The notes: generated from the sequence alone by a model not told the origin. Positions 14,381-28,695 are shown, numbered from the stretch's first letter. The stretch is 64,000 nucleotides of DNA from Octopus vulgaris (GCA_951406725.2 OX597817.1:123504001-123568000), one strand, 5' to 3'. Made by a program: numbers and translations.

Positions 14381-14771
14381 TCTTTATATATATAAAGCTG
14401 AAGTTGTCTGTGTATGGCAGGTTTGGTAGCCTTCAACTAACACTATCTCCTCCGAGACCTTACGGCGCAAGTTGACCAAAATTAAGAGTATGATAGAAGA
14501 AGGCTTGGTCTTTATTCCCTAGACGACAAAATTCAAATCGGACCATGTAAACACCAAAGATTATTTAAATCAAAAAGGTGCTTTCTTTCCATGAAAATCC
14601 TTATTTTTTACGATTTTTTGACTGCTGTGTGGCCATTTTTCGGTGTATTTCAACCAGAAAAATGTTCACTTATAGAGAATAACAAGCTACGTAATGCAAT
14701 ATTTTTACTTTTCAAAAATTCCAAATCTAAGGGTCAACAGAAACCCGAGCAACGCTGGGCGATACTGCTAG
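14381..14771 (+). mobile_element. Non-autonomous Helitron
   Basis: 5' A|TCtttatatatataaag. A 3' subterminal hairpin (cccgagcaacgctggg) is followed by CTAG|T. Inserted between A and T with no TSD. Confidence 0.8.
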
Positions 14772-14931
14772 TGTATATTAAGAATAATAAACGTCTCATC
14801 TGCTCTTTGCATTGTATCTGAAGGCTGGAAGCTGGAAACTTTGAATCACAAAATATGAACTATCGGTTATAGCCAATATAATACTCTACGTGTGGCATCG
14901 AGTAATATTTTACTCTTGATTATATTTGCAT

Positions 14932-14934
<3 letters not shown>

Positions 14935-15018
<84 letters not shown>
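14935..15018. repeat. (CA)n microsatellite
   Basis: Directly visible. Confidence 0.98.
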
Positions 15019-15022
<4 letters not shown>

Positions 15023-15642
15023 TAACGCTAAAAGGATAGTAAATTTAAATGTCGTACTCTGTTGAAATCTCATCAATGTTGACTTCGAGATTTACCAATC
15101 TGGAATCAATGACAATAAATACCTAAGATATAATTGGTTCAGGTTAAACCATTATTCTATATAACCTTAAACATTTATGGTATTTTGCCTCAGGAAGAAA
15201 ATGTGATAAATAAACGAAACAAATTTATATGTTTGACAAATTCATAAACTTAATGTATCTGTTATTTTGATATATAGATTTTTTTCCTATTGCCATGACT
15301 ACCCCTTACTGCTTCTAAAAGGTTCAATAACACATTTTAACTTCAACGATGTCTTTCCTAGTAGTCCTTTACAAAGCAATGAATCTTTATATTCCAACGT
15401 ATATTTTTGATCACATGCTGTGTTTATTTTGCATGAGTCTTTTCCAATTTATGCTTCTTCCTGTACAAACTTCTTAGTGGTTATTTCCTGAATGCGAATA
15501 TTTGCAGATATCTTGACACCAAACACAAAGAAAAACGAATTCTTTTACTATAAAAGAAGGAATAGCTAACGTTCCTTTACTGTCTGTCTCATTCATATGC
15601 ATATATATATTACATACATACAAATATAAATATATTCTTTGA

Positions 15643-15779
15643 AAGCCTAGTACTTATTCTATCAGTCTCTTTTGCCGAACCGGTATGTTACGAGTAAGTA
15701 AAGACACCAGCACCGGTTGTCAAGCGATGGTGGGTGTACAAACGCAGACACATGAATACATACATGCATACATACATAA

Positions 15780-15837
<58 letters not shown>

Positions 15838-15990
15838 GACGGGTTCTTTCAGTTTCCGTCTACCAAATCTACTCCCAAGGCTTTGGTCGACTCGAGGCTA
15901 TAGTGGAAGACACACTTGCCCAAAGTGCCACGCAGTGGGACTGAAACCGGAACCATGTGATTAGCAAGCCAGCTTCTTACCACACAGTTA
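15643..15990 (-). mobile_element. SINE family A (3' truncated)
   Basis: cagtttccgtctaccaaatc..cacttgcccaaagtgccacgcagtgggactgaa. Confidence 0.85.
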
Positions 15991-15991
15991 C

Positions 15992-16028
<37 letters not shown>

Positions 16029-16153
16029 GTCATACATGCATACATAGGAAGGGTGTACCGAAAATAACGTTAATATGGATTAAAACTTTTGTCTAGTGAC
16101 ATAAGGTGATTTAATGGTAGTATAAATGTTCAATACAAATATATTTATCAACA

Positions 16154-16812
16154 TACGTGGGACTAGCCAAAAGTAACGGGAACCGTTCTCTGTGGGACAA
16201 ACCAATTGTAATTCAGGCTTCCGCCATTACAAGCCACTTGATGCGACCCTCAGGCATCAATCTGCCGACCGACATCAACTCGTGTAGTCCTTGTTCAGGT
16301 TGACTCTTGAGCTCCCGAATGAAAACATCATGAAAATTCATGAACTGATCTTGGAGGATCGTCACCGAACCAGTAACGAACTTATTGATCTGACTAGTGT
16401 GTTCTGGAGCTCCTTCGAACGAATTTTGAGCGAGGAATTGCGAATGGAAAGAGTTGAGGCAAACTTGTGGCTCTCTTGCTCACGAAAGATCAAAAGCGAT
16501 CATGGCTGAATGGATGTCATGAAAAAACAGTCGGATGTTGATCCGGACCTTTTTCGAAGGTCATTACTAGTGATGAAGCTGGTGCTGTGAAATTTGTTGA
16601 TGTGGAAGAGGTGAAGAAAACAAAACGACGAAGTCGATAAAAGATATCACTTCGCAAGAGTCTAGCACTGCTTCGAATTTTGGAAAATGCGCCTGAACCG
16701 ATGCATCGCTTCAAATGGAATATACTTTGAAAGCGTTTAAAGTGTAAACGAGTAAAATAAGTGAAAAAAATAATACTGCAAAATTCCCGTTTCTTTTGGG
16801 TACCTCAGCGTA
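16154..16812 (+). mobile_element. Internally deleted mariner element nested in the outer mariner
   Basis: TA-flanked degraded TIRs (ccaaaagtaacgggaa / ttcccgtttcttttgg). Encodes ENIMKIHELILEDRHRT..RILSEELRMERV, plus an ITSDE-like first catalytic motif. Confidence 0.75.
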
Positions 16813-17832
16813 GTGTCCATCACAAGCGATCATTTCTGCACCTCGTTGAACCCAACTTTGAATCTATTCTGAAAAACTTAAGATGTGCACTATTATACTT
16901 TCTTCTTCACAACCTCTTTCACTTCACCTGCGTCATCAAATCATTTTCCTCACAAAATAGTCTTTTCTTAGACCAAAAAGTGGATGTTGGATCACTGACT
17001 AGCCTAAGTTGCTGTTGCCCTTATTTACAATCAAATGTGTGTGAGGTAGTTCATTTCCAGGAAAACGTGGATCATTTTCAGATTCTTGCTTGGTCTTTTC
17101 CTTTTCATGGCTTCTCTAAGCTTTTTGAGTATTTCGATACACAGATCGCTGTTCATGGTACAGCAGCGCTCCAAAGAAACAAAGTATATGGCACCCTTGT
17201 CATCTTTCAAAACTGTCACCTTGAACTTTTATGCCAATCATTAACTTTTGAATATTAATAACGTTTAGGGACACCGTATTTCATTATACAACCATAATAT
17301 ACTACAAAGTATATTAAACACTTTTATAAATCAATATTATGTTCTACTGCGTTAGCAGTGCTATCATATCAGTGTTGGCTATGATTTCTATAGAAAATTT
17401 ACAGATATAAGCTTGACAAGTGATTTTTGAATATTTTATGGCTTGGAGAAAGTACGTGATGCCATTCCAGGGATTGATCTGTGTTTTCCGGGTCATAAAG
17501 ACACGTCCACATTACATTGCCTGTCATCAAATCAGAATAAACGCGTCTTCAAACACTTCAAGCAGATCAGAGCAAACTTCAACTCTTACGTTCATCAAAT
17601 TGGCTGCCAACTGCCATTTTGCAGTCACTTTCCGATACTCAAAGTCTTCCTCAATTATCTGTAATGCATCTTGATCCCAATCCGTGAATCAGTTCATGCA
17701 CTTGGTGGTCATTCATGTCAGAGGTGATTATTCATAGTTTCGTACTGCATGGTTTTCTCTTCTTTAAAGCTCTTCTTTCGTTTGTGCACAATCTTCTTGC
17801 CAATGGTGTCTTCTCCATCAACAACCTATAAC

Positions 17833-17982
17833 TTTCTGTGAATGTCGGACAGCCTTCGAGCCATCGTCGTCAAGAACCCGATGACATCACGTTGCTTTAT
17901 TGAAAAACTTCTGTGAATGTCGGACAGCATTTGAGCCACCTTCGTCAAGAACTCAATGACAGCACGTTGCTTTATTGAAAAC
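17833..17982. repeat. ~75-bp tandem duplication within the mariner N-terminal coding region
   Basis: ttctgtgaatgtcggacagc..cacgttgctttattgaaaa occurs twice, back to back. Confidence 0.9.
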
Positions 17983-18254
17983 CACTATTTGCCTGCAGCG
18001 AATAACAGTAAGGCGAATTACTATATAAGAAATTATACAGTGCATTTTTTCGGTATAACGTTTATATGTATGTATGTATGCATGTATGTATTTGTATGTG
18101 TGTGTATATGTATGTTTGTACATGGTGTGCGTGTGTGTATAAACTTACGTACTAGACATAAAAACCTAATTCAGATATTTCTCTGTAGACTGAAAAATGC
18201 ATTCATGGAGGTATGTATGTATTATATATCAGCTGGGATGGAGTCATGAACTTG

Positions 18255-18486
18255 AGGGCGTGCAAACAATAGCTTCAGCATTGATAGAGGAAGGCCTGTT
18301 CAGAACGTTGTTGATGTGCTCTGCCCCATCTTTCCAGGGATGCGTCTTTGTCAATGCTGTGTTTTTATGAACACTGGGCAGTGGGGATGTTCCCTAGGAC
18401 TTTGGCCCCTAAATAGCATTCAGAGAATTTTAGAAGGGCTTGGAGTTGTCGCTGTCAGCATATTTCAGTATCTCATTTGCCCTGCA
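18255..18486 (-). pseudogene. RTE-like LINE fragment (region between the APE and RT domains)
   Basis: ANEILKYADSDNSKPF*NSLNAI*GPKS*GTSPL..ERW.EHINNVLNRPSSINAEAI. Confidence 0.7.
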
Positions 18487-18547
<61 letters not shown>

Positions 18548-18713
18548 CACACTACACACACACACACACACAAACACACTACACACACACTACACACACA
18601 CATACACACAAACACACTACACACACACACCATACACACAAACACACACACACATTACTCACACACACACACACACATGAGTATTGATGTGTGTAAAGAG
18701 AGATAGAGAGGAA

Positions 18714-18769
<56 letters not shown>

Positions 18770-18770
18770 G
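18484..18770. repeat. (CA)n and (ATTT)n microsatellites
   Basis: Directly visible. Confidence 0.95.
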
Positions 18771-21655
18771 GCATGCATGTATCTATTTATCAAGGCTGGC
18801 TAGATTCGTAATTACAATGACGAAAAATTCATCTCAAGAACTTCTAATTAGTAATTTTAATTTAATATGCATGCATACATGAGTGTGCTTTGAAGTGAAT
18901 GTGTGAGTCTGACGGTTGTAAAATTACACTGAGAGATGAAATTCAAGTTGAGAGTAGCATTGGCTTTAACAGCTAGTTATACTCTAGATTATGTAATTCT
19001 GGTTCTCACTGCTAAATAGGACGGACGAACATAGATATATGTAAACACACACACACAGGCAAAGTAACTCGTTAGAAAATCTCAATAAGGGATGAAAGCA
19101 GTAACTATACAGTATGGCTATTCGACATTACTATCGAGCAAGTTATTGGTGCAATCTGCACTTAGTATGTATTTGTGTGTGTAACTTTTAGCAAGGTAAA
19201 TTTAGCTATTGAATATGAACAACCTTAATCGATTTTCCAACCATATAGGGTTCTGATCAGCGGATTCTACATCAGTCTGACCAATCCCAGAGAAACTAGC
19301 AGCCATTTTGTTTATATACACAACCAGTTCAATAGCTACTGAAAACTAGTGCTATTAATTTGTATATCAATATCAGGGCCTGTCAACAGGGATCTCAATT
19401 CACACAGTATCAAAGTATGACATTATATATGTATCCTATATAGAAGATATATAAGCAGGGAAAATGTTGCTATTTCTTTGTAGATTGAAGAAATGATGAA
19501 CAGCTTAATCGATTTTCAAATCTCTGTTGGTTCTCATCAAAATTAAATTTATATATATGTGTGTGTGTGTACATGGGTATGGTAAGTAAAACCATAAAGC
19601 CTCAAGTTATTGTTGTTCTATGACAGCAATTGGTCCAAGTTAAACCTCTTATAGCCGTCTGTAGGTAACACAAAACTTTTATTTTTATGGTTACAAAGTG
19701 GTGCTTGTCTACCAACACACTTATATTTGTATAGGTTCAATTCATATGTCATAATGGCATTTTGCTATAATATCTATATTTATGTAATATCGTTTTTATT
19801 TGCAATAATATCCGTTTTAGTAGGAATTATTGTACCCAGCTGCTGAGTTAAAATTAGGTAGTTCTCAATAACAGAGAGTTGATATAGAATTGCTTGGTTT
19901 AGTGTATTCAATTATTGACTACTCAATTTCAGATCTGCCAACATATATTTTTTTTCCATACATGTTTCTACAAAGCTAAGGCATTTCTTTTTTCTACATT
20001 TCTGATGATGAGGATAAAACTGAAAAAACTAATCTTGAAGTGGTTAGCTTTTCTTTTGCCTTAATTCCTGACGACTGAGGTAACTAATCTAACAGTAAAG
20101 TATTAGGATATAATTTGCTTAATGCATTGCTTGAGCACTTGCCATTGGGCAGGTACTTTTGCCTAGCTCTACAATTGCATCTGACATTTCTGGGTATTGT
20201 TTAGGTTACAACACAAGAGTGTGCTCATTATGATGCTAAAGACATGTTTGTTGATGTAGCTAAATTTAATGTTGCTTTCATGGAATACTTAATGATAGTT
20301 TTGGATGGATGGAATGTGTCTTTTATTAGCACTAATATGTTACTAGCTACATTAGTATATTTTGCAGTGAAAGATAAGTGAAGCTATATGATATTATGCT
20401 TTCTGAATATGTTGTGCTGCTTGCTATTCAATAAGAACAACACCAAATATCGTCCAGAATGAATTAATCATAACTTTCTCCATACAGCACACAAAATAAT
20501 CTATTGCTTTGTATGTGGAATGACTACAACTTGATCTGGTAATTTGCTTGAAGCATTATCATGTCTGCATATAAATAGGGAAGAAAATAAAAGCTACTTA
20601 ATAAAGCAAAAGTGAACAAACTCTAATCTTTAACAGTAATATGTTTCAGTTCAAGATTAGAGCTTGTTAAATATAATTTAATGAATAAATTTATTTTCCT
20701 CAAACATTGCATAGTTAAGTGGATTTTTATTTACCTTCTAATTTACATATGAATAGAATTTGATTTATTTTACTGAATAAAGAAGATGTCATCCAATTAC
20801 CAATATTACTGACACTTTTGGAATTGTTGCTGTTGTTGTTCTTTTAGTGAAGTGAAACTAATGCAACATTTTATTATTAAACCAAATGTCCAATTACTTG
20901 AAATCATGGTGTTTTCATATAACTAGGATTACCGTATTGCTCTCTAATTCTTCATTAAGCAAGAAACAATATGAATAACTGATATAAGCAAGAGATCAGA
21001 TCTTGGGTGGGAATGAAAAAAGTATCACTTATAATAACCTGTGCTGTTTTAAGGCAGGGACACACTGGGCAGTTACCAGTGAAATCCTACACTCTAGGAC
21101 TGAAACCTAATCTATGTAGCTTGTGGTTTACTGTCAATAAATATTATAGTGTCCAGTTCATTGATTTGCCTGGAGGCCTATAATACTTCTAAGATAGCTC
21201 TGATATCATTACCAGTACATCACTAGCATTTTCTTTTATTGATACAGGAAAGACAAAAGACAAAACTAAGACTAATGAAGTTTATAATAAGAAATTTTAA
21301 TGTAAAATTCAAATATTTTTCATCATTAATCATTCTAAGAAAAATATTTTCATTCACTGATCTATATCTAGATTTTGCAAACATATCATTACTGTTGTTG
21401 TAGTTGTAACTAATGCCCTGTTTGAACTAGTATTGTCTGATCCTTGAAGCAGAAGCATGTATACAGAATGAGATATTACAATTAAGTTAATGAGACAAAA
21501 AAATGCAACCACCAACATTGTCAAAACGTTTGCACATAAAAACATATATGCATGTATATGTTTGTAGGTAGATAGGTAGTTGGCTGGTAGGCATGTAAAT
21601 GTGTGTGTAGTGAGTTGAGTGTTAAAAACGTCAAAATCCTAAGCAAGATACATAT

Positions 21656-21885
21656 TTCTTTACTACCCACAAGGGGCTAAACACAGAGGGGACAAACAAG
21701 GACAGACAAGCGGATTAAGTCGATTACATCGACCCCAGTGTTTCACAGGTACTTAATTTATCGAACCCGACAGGATGAAAGGCAAAGTCGACCTCGGCGG
21801 AATTTGAACTCAGAATGTAGCGGCAGGCGAAATACCACTAAGCATTTCGCCTGGTGTGCTAACGTTTCTGCCGGCTCACCGCCTT
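21656..21885 (-). mobile_element. SINE family B, full length
   Basis: Near-identical to 12866-13094. Confidence 0.9.
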
Positions 21886-23429
21886 CCTAAGCAAGATACA
21901 AGTCAAGGGCTAAATTTTCATTTGTTCTCTGTCATATGTTTTTGTCATTCATACTCATTATTTATAAATACACACACATGCATACATATATATGTGTGTG
22001 TGTGTGTGTACGCACGCACTCACGTATGCACATCTCTCTATCTGTCTGTTTCTTTATCTATTTATTTATCTATCCTCATAGCATATATGCATATATATAT
22101 ATATATATACATGCATACATAAATGTGTGTATGTGCGTGTCTGTGTGTATGCATGTATGTATAAAATATGTATATATAATATGGGGATAAGAACAAACCC
22201 TCTGACCTTAGCCTGACCTTGCCAGAAATTGTTCAAGGACCAAAATATCAGCTATGCTGGCCACAACCAACCTTTCTTTCAGGTTAAAATAAATAGAACA
22301 CCAGAGAAGGAAAGAGAGAAAGAAGGAGAGAAAGAAGGAGAAAGAAAAATACAAGTGATGAGTATCTTGTTGGCATTCATTACAGAACTCAAAGCCTCCA
22401 TCACAGAAAAAAAAAAACTTATGCGAATGGGAATAATTTTGGCAGCAACAACACAACAACCACAACAGGCACAACAACAACAACCACAATAACAACTACA
22501 ACAACTCGTACATATATTGATAGAATTATACATATATCATCTATATTCAATTTTCTTCTCATCTGAGAATACACAGCAAGTTGTCCACATATGTTATCTT
22601 TGTTACCACATTATTTACCATCTCTAAACAATGCTGGGATGACAACTTGCTCAGTTATGGACAGAAACGGAAGACCGAAAGGTTTCCAGCTATTAATAAT
22701 TCCTCATAATACATACAAAAGAATTTCTGGAGAATGATTCAGACATTAACTTAATTGTAATATCATATTTAACTTTCTCTTTCAATAAATTTGTCTGAGA
22801 TACAGAATCAGAATCTGTTTTCGTTTTATGGCTAAAAGCAGATCGGTAACTCTATGCAATTTCCGCCACTCTCTCCTTTCCTCTCCTCCTCTCATTTTCT
22901 CACTGTGTAGATATTATACAGATATTTATATACAAACTCAAATATTCATACATACATAGAGAAAAAGCGAGAGGCAGAAACATATACATGTGTGTCTGTG
23001 TGTAGATACACGCAAACACACGCATACATATTAAAAATTGTTCTTAATTCCGTATAAGCCTTTTATGTTTAATCTGGAATAATAACGTTCCGAGCTCCCT
23101 TAACAATTTTAAAACTTCTCATCCTAGCCTTTGGAATGAAATGATGGCAGAGGTACATTGTTGTGACATACTGTATTAAGCAGGCAGGGAACATAAGAAT
23201 AGTGTTGTAGCAGATGAAATCATCATCAGTAAGTTTTAATTAGTTTAACGACTAATTTTCATCACTTTCATAGTTTATTTTAGATGTGGTTTACGTTGAG
23301 TCTTTTAAAATGTACTTTACTATTAATATGTCTTTCATATTTAACCGTGTAGCATTTTTTTCTGTTTGCAGAATACTATATCAGATACTAGAATTATCCG
23401 CTGTATTTCTATCTAGTTTTTTTTAAAAT

Positions 23430-23613
23430 TCTTTATTGCTCACAGGGGGTTAAACACAGAGAGGACAATCAAGGGGATTAAGTCGATTATATTTAATCGA
23501 CCCCGAAAGGATGAAAGGCAAAGTCGACCTCGGCGGAATTTGAACTCAGAACGTAACGGCAGACGTAATACAGCTAAGCATTCCGCGCTAACGATTCTGC
23601 CAGCTCACCGCCC
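23430..23613 (-). mobile_element. SINE family B with internal deletions
   Basis: tcgaccccgaaaggatgaaaggcaaagtcgacctcggcggaatttgaactcagaacgtaacggc. Confidence 0.9.
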
Positions 23614-24236
23614 CTATCTAATTTTGTGTCCTTTTACAGTGTATAGTAGCAACTCTGTTTTAAATCTCTGATGAGAAAGTGATTTTACCTGTGTGTCTGA
23701 TGTTTCTGTGTAAGTCATTAAGTTGACAATTTTCGTTTTCACTTATAATAGTATTTCACTAAATGTCTAAATGAAGTTATGTCACCTATAGGTTTGTGGT
23801 TTCATGCAGGAGAGAATGCTTTTAATGCAATATTATTACCAGTTCGAATATGCTAGAGGCACGTTCTAATTCGTAAACAAGCCATTCACTGCGTTTGTCA
23901 TGGAGAAAGTTTCTCGCTGTAGACTAATTGTGTAAATCCACCGAAATCGTTTATTCACATCATTGCTTAGCGCTCCCACTCCGTAAAATGCTTTTAATTC
24001 TAGTATTTTTTCAAACGTTTTTTGATCAGTTGTGTTATATGTTTTGTAGAATATTTTATGGGACTTTTAAAATATATTAATCCATTTCAAAACCATTGCA
24101 CATTTAGACATGTAGTGTACTATATGTGTGATTTTGGTGCCTACTTCAAGACGCAACAGCGTATCACATAATTCAAAAGATAGGACTGATAAGTTCTTTG
24201 AACGTTAATGGATTTTGGTAAGTTATTGCTCAAAAC

Positions 24237-24491
24237 CAGTGTTTCTCAACCATTTTTTTTTATCTACGGATCACTTTAATTCCTATTTTACTCAGATGAA
24301 CCCTGCCAGCTATTCAATGTTTAAAAAAATCCTTATAGTTTTGTAATTAAATGCTATCATGAATTATATAAAGAAATTGTAAAATATTTTGTATATATAA
24401 GGAGTAGAACCAGTTTATTGTAAATAAATTTTAACAACGAAATCTTATACGAACCGCCAAGGGCCATATGACCCCCAATTGAAGAACACTA
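24237..24491. mobile_element. hAT-like MITE
   Basis: cagtgtttctcaacc..gaagaacacta with degraded 8-bp flanks (ctcaaaac/ctttaaac). Confidence 0.55.
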
Positions 24492-24734
24492 CTTTAAACC
24501 ATATGAAGAAATTTGATGAAGAAAATCAATCCGGAAATTAAACCTGTAAGCAACTGAGTTTACAATATAATAAAATATATATACGTATATGTGCGCCTGT
24601 ATGCACATGTATATGTGTATAAATATTTCCCTAACACGAACATTTCTAAAGACTGTCGCTAATACAGACATAATTCTCACAAAATATTCAGTGAGAATAG
24701 CATATGCATTCGTACTCATATATAAACATATATA

Positions 24735-24930
24735 ACGGGAAAGTATACGAAAATAAACAAAAGACGAAGGCAGGTGGAGTACAAACAAACAAATGTATTA
24801 GTATAGCGCTCAGGAATAGAAATAGAAAAAGTCTTTTACGTTTCGAGCCTACGCTCTTCGACATAAAGATACACAGAAAAAAACAAGGAGAGAAAAAAAT
24901 CCGTGTAGGAGCTAACGATCTATCATGGCG
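24735..24930 (-). mobile_element. Penelope-like terminal-repeat fragment with a minimal hammerhead-like motif (24833-24868)
   Basis: Minus strand reads cttt-atgtcga-a-gagc gtag gctc-GAAA-cg-TA-aaag. Homologous to 25399-25520 and 29338-29530. Confidence 0.65.
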
Positions 24931-25398
24931 TCCTGACTTCGGACAGTGGTCAGACGCGAGAAGGACAGTAGGGAAGATAACAGAGTCAAGTGTATATAAA
25001 CATATATACACGTACACGCACACACCACCACATATGTATCCACTCGTTACATGTACTGCAGAGAGACATGGACTCACGATCCTTAGATAAAAAGGTCTGG
25101 TATTGTATATGTGTGTGTGTGTATGCGTACGCGCGTGGGTTTGTGTGTACGTTTGTTTGGAAATATACATATGTGCATATAGTGATACATTACGAGTGCT
25201 TATATGCACCATGGGCTCTTATGAAAGATCCTCTTAAGGTAAGTGACGCAGTTTTGAGTGTCCTAAAGCAATCTCTACGTTAAGTTGGAGATCAAGATTG
25301 ACTTTTGGTGTTAATACTACTTATGTCGCTATTAATTATATATATGCATGTGTATGCATACACACACGCACACACACTCATATATATATATATTTGTG

Positions 25399-25520
25399 TT
25401 CTGTAGAAGAGCGTAGGCTCGAAACGTAAAAGACTTTTTCAATACTTGAGCGTTATACAAATACATCTGTTTGTTTTCTACGCCCCCTGTCTTTTGTTTC
25501 TTCCGTGAACTCTCTCCCTA
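25399..25520 (+). mobile_element. Same repeat family, hammerhead-like motif at 25399-25432
   Basis: tt-CTGTAGA-a-gagc gtag gctc-GAAA-cg-TA-aaag. Confidence 0.65.
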
Positions 25521-25619
25521 TGTGTATATATATATATGCGCGTATAAATATTTACACACATATATAAACGTATGTATATTTTGGTGTATATATGTGCACA
25601 CACACACACACATGAATGA

Positions 25620-26178
<559 letters not shown>

Positions 26179-26641
26179 ATGTATGTATGTATGTACGTAT
26201 GTATGTATGTATGTATACCAGAGACGTGCCGCTTAGATAAGCAAGGTAGGCAGTACCTAACTTGAATAAAACAGATCGATAGCAACATTTTCCTTTTTAT
26301 GGCAAAATATGCTCCTAATTCAATAAAATTATGAAGGTTACTCATTACTATGCATAAAATGCAAAGTATTTTTTCTTGTTTTTTTTTTTGTAGATTAGGT
26401 AGGCATAATTCGCCCCTGCCTTTCAATCTTAGTATTTAAGCTACGCATAGTACAGTTATAGTACACTTGCTGCGTACATTCCTACAACAACGTTTTCTTT
26501 ACGTGCACTTACGGCAGTAGTAAATCTGCCTTCAACTCAGTTGTGCACCTGTGTTTCGCTTATTTTTTTGTGTGTTTTACTACATGAATCTCACCAACTG
26601 CCTACCCTGAGTAATTACTAACGGCACGTACCTGATATATA

Positions 26642-26991
26642 GAGAATATGACCAAAGACTGCGTGTACTCCATCCCATGCAGCTATGGTAGGTTATACAA
26701 AGGCGAAACATGCCGCCCCCTCAAAATGAGGGTAAACGAACATCGCAAAGCTGTGAGACGAGAAGATATTGATAAATCAGGTATAGCTGATCATGTATGA
26801 AAAATGGAGACCACCTCCCCCTGTGGAATGAAGTTAAAATAATAGACAGAGAACACCACTGGAAAATACGAAAACTAAATGAAGCAGCACATATACTAGG
26901 ACACAATAACCTCCTAAGCAGACCGAGTGCAGATATAAGTATAATATGGGAGCAGGTATTAAGGAAGGATAGGGAAATACTAAATTTATAA
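26642..26991 (+). pseudogene. Penelope-like element GIY-YIG endonuclease remnant
   Basis: ENMTKDCVYSIPCSYGRLYKGETCRPLKMRVNEHRKAVRREDIDKSGIADHV, then a 1-nt frameshift near 26798, then KNGDHLPLWNEVKIIDREHHWKIRKLNEAAHI. The VY..C / YKGET.R.L..R..EH / E motifs are those of PLE GIY-YIG domains. Confidence 0.88.
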
Positions 26992-27216
26992 GCCTTAAAA
27001 TTCACTTCGTAATTGCCCATGGGCATATGGCGTAGAGGTTAAGAGCGCGGGCTATTAACTTCAGAGTTCTAGTCGTCCAAGCAGTGACCTGAATAATAAT
27101 AATAATAATAAAACGACAGACACAGTAAAAGATTTTTTAAAAATATTACTAAAAGCTTCATTAATAATGAACGCTATGAGCCATTGCTCGTAAAATCTCC
27201 ATCTTATTTTCGGAAC

Positions 27217-27361
27217 TATTAGGTTGTCCCAAAAGTTCGTAAACACTTGCGAAAATTGAATTTTTACTCGCCAAGTACTAACAAAAACAACAAAAATTAT
27301 TCCTCAAAATAAAGACCATTATTTTCCAAGACTTTCTACGAACTTTTGGGACAACCTTATA
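27217..27361. mobile_element. mariner-derived MITE (~140 bp)
   Basis: TIRs aggttgtcccaaaagttcgta / tacgaacttttgggacaacct with TA flanks. They resemble the TIRs of 36361-37355. Confidence 0.85.
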
Positions 27362-27419
27362 TATCGCTCAATAGTTATCTGCAATCGTTTGTTTATACGC
27401 TTATACATTTTTTTTTCAG

Positions 27420-28150
27420 TGTCACGGATCTCACGTCGATCAAATCCAACCCTTCTCAGTTGTACCAAGTGTTCTTCCCGTTTCAATGCTGTAATTAATT
27501 TCTATAGTTTCGAATGTGTGCATGTTAAAGAATTTTGTACTGCGATGTGATATCCCTCTAAATGCGAGACATATCCGATTCTGTTCTAAAGCTGACATTC
27601 CGACTATCAATGGAAAACAAAGGAGAAATTCTCCGTTGTCTAATTCCTCTATCGCGCACGCATTCTATGTACGATAACTGAAAGTAGGACACAAGTTCTT
27701 GCGGAAGATCGTCATCATCTACAAGATCTTCGATTCCATCAATCACATCACCGGGAAGAAAAGCTAGCACTGAAAAACATCTGATCTTAATGCTAAACTC
27801 ATTATCATGATGGTATCTTTCCTTAAAGCCAAAATCACATACTTTTCTGTACACATTTTGAGATAGAGGAAAAAGACAATATGTGATGGAAGCACAATGA
27901 AACAGATAAAATGCTTTCGCAAAATCCACCATAACTCAGTCCTTGACGTAATTCATTTAAGCTTCTTTATTCTTGTTTGGAAGTAATGCTGTGAATGCTC
28001 TGTATGAACCCATTTGAATATGAAGCGTGTACAACTGATCAAATAAAGTTGAGGAGCACTTAAAAGTTCCATCATCTGCCCAGTGTTTTACATTCACTAT
28101 CATTAAGCCCTTTATCAGTTGCAAACACAAGTAATCTATCTACACGGTTT
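27420..28150 (-). pseudogene. MULE/Mutator transposase remnant
   Basis: WADDGTFKCSSTLFDQLYTLHIQ, MVDFAKAF, CLFPLSQNVYRKV, LAFLP and SYF..YI..PLF, in the order of the MULE DDE domain. Confidence 0.8.
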
Positions 28151-28175
28151 CACAAACCTGAAGGCACCGTCAAAA

Positions 28176-28635
28176 ATGGAAATGCAAAGATCCTATGGAA
28201 TTTTATGATTCAGTGCGACCATGAAATAGAGAATAGGAAGCCGGACATAGTTTTAATTGAGAAAGAAAACAAACTATGCTGCATCATAGATATAGCATGC
28301 CCAGCTGACAACAAGGTATGCGATAAGGAAGAAAGAAAATTCGAGAGATATGACAGGTTAACCTGGGAAATTAAGCAGTTGTAGTAGAAGAAAAAGGTAG
28401 CAGTAGTACCAGTAATTGTCGGCGTCCTGGGAACAGTGAGCAAAAATCTCGAGAATTACGTAGAACAAATAGGGGCTGCAATAATGGTGGAGCACATACA
28501 GGAAACAGTACTGCTTGGAACCGATCGAATACTTCGGAAGGTGCTTGAAAAAGAAGAGGCGTCACCTTAGTTTACTGGTAGTGAACAGCTAACACTGTAA
28601 TACATCTCCAGCGTTATTAGCTGTGCAAAGACAAT

Positions 28636-28690
<55 letters not shown>
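28176..28690 (+). pseudogene. 3' end of an R4/Dong LINE (RLE domain, 3' UTR and (TAA)n tail)
   Basis: KILWNFMIQCDHEIENRKPDIVLIEKENKLCCIIDIACPADNKVCDKEERKFERYDRLTWEIKQL**KKKVAVVPVIVGVLGTV..VLLGTDRILRKVL, then (TAA)n at about 28638-28690. Confidence 0.9.

Positions 28691-28695
<5 letters not shown>

Larger units (their letters stand above)
16049..18062 (-). mobile_element. Decayed mariner-type transposon (outer element)
   Basis: Minus-strand remnants: N-terminal KQRAVIEFL (about 17950-17975), YRKVTAKW..RVEVCSDLL and DKGAIYF..TMNSDLCIEILKKLREAMKRKRP. Degraded TIR-like ends gggtgtaccgaaaa / ttttcggtataac. Confidence 0.7.

Noticed and set aside
16761-17258. 165-aa plus-strand ORF
   Set aside because: Antisense shadow of the decayed mariner transposase.
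22229-22492. 87-aa ORF with EK-rich and polyQ segments
   Set aside because: TTG start and low-complexity (GA-rich, CAA) origin. No recognisable domain or convincing splice context.
20000-23680. Isolated CTGATGA/CTGACGA heptamers (about 20003, 20069 and 23668)
   Set aside because: No stem II or GAAA-stem III-UH context. Expected by chance.
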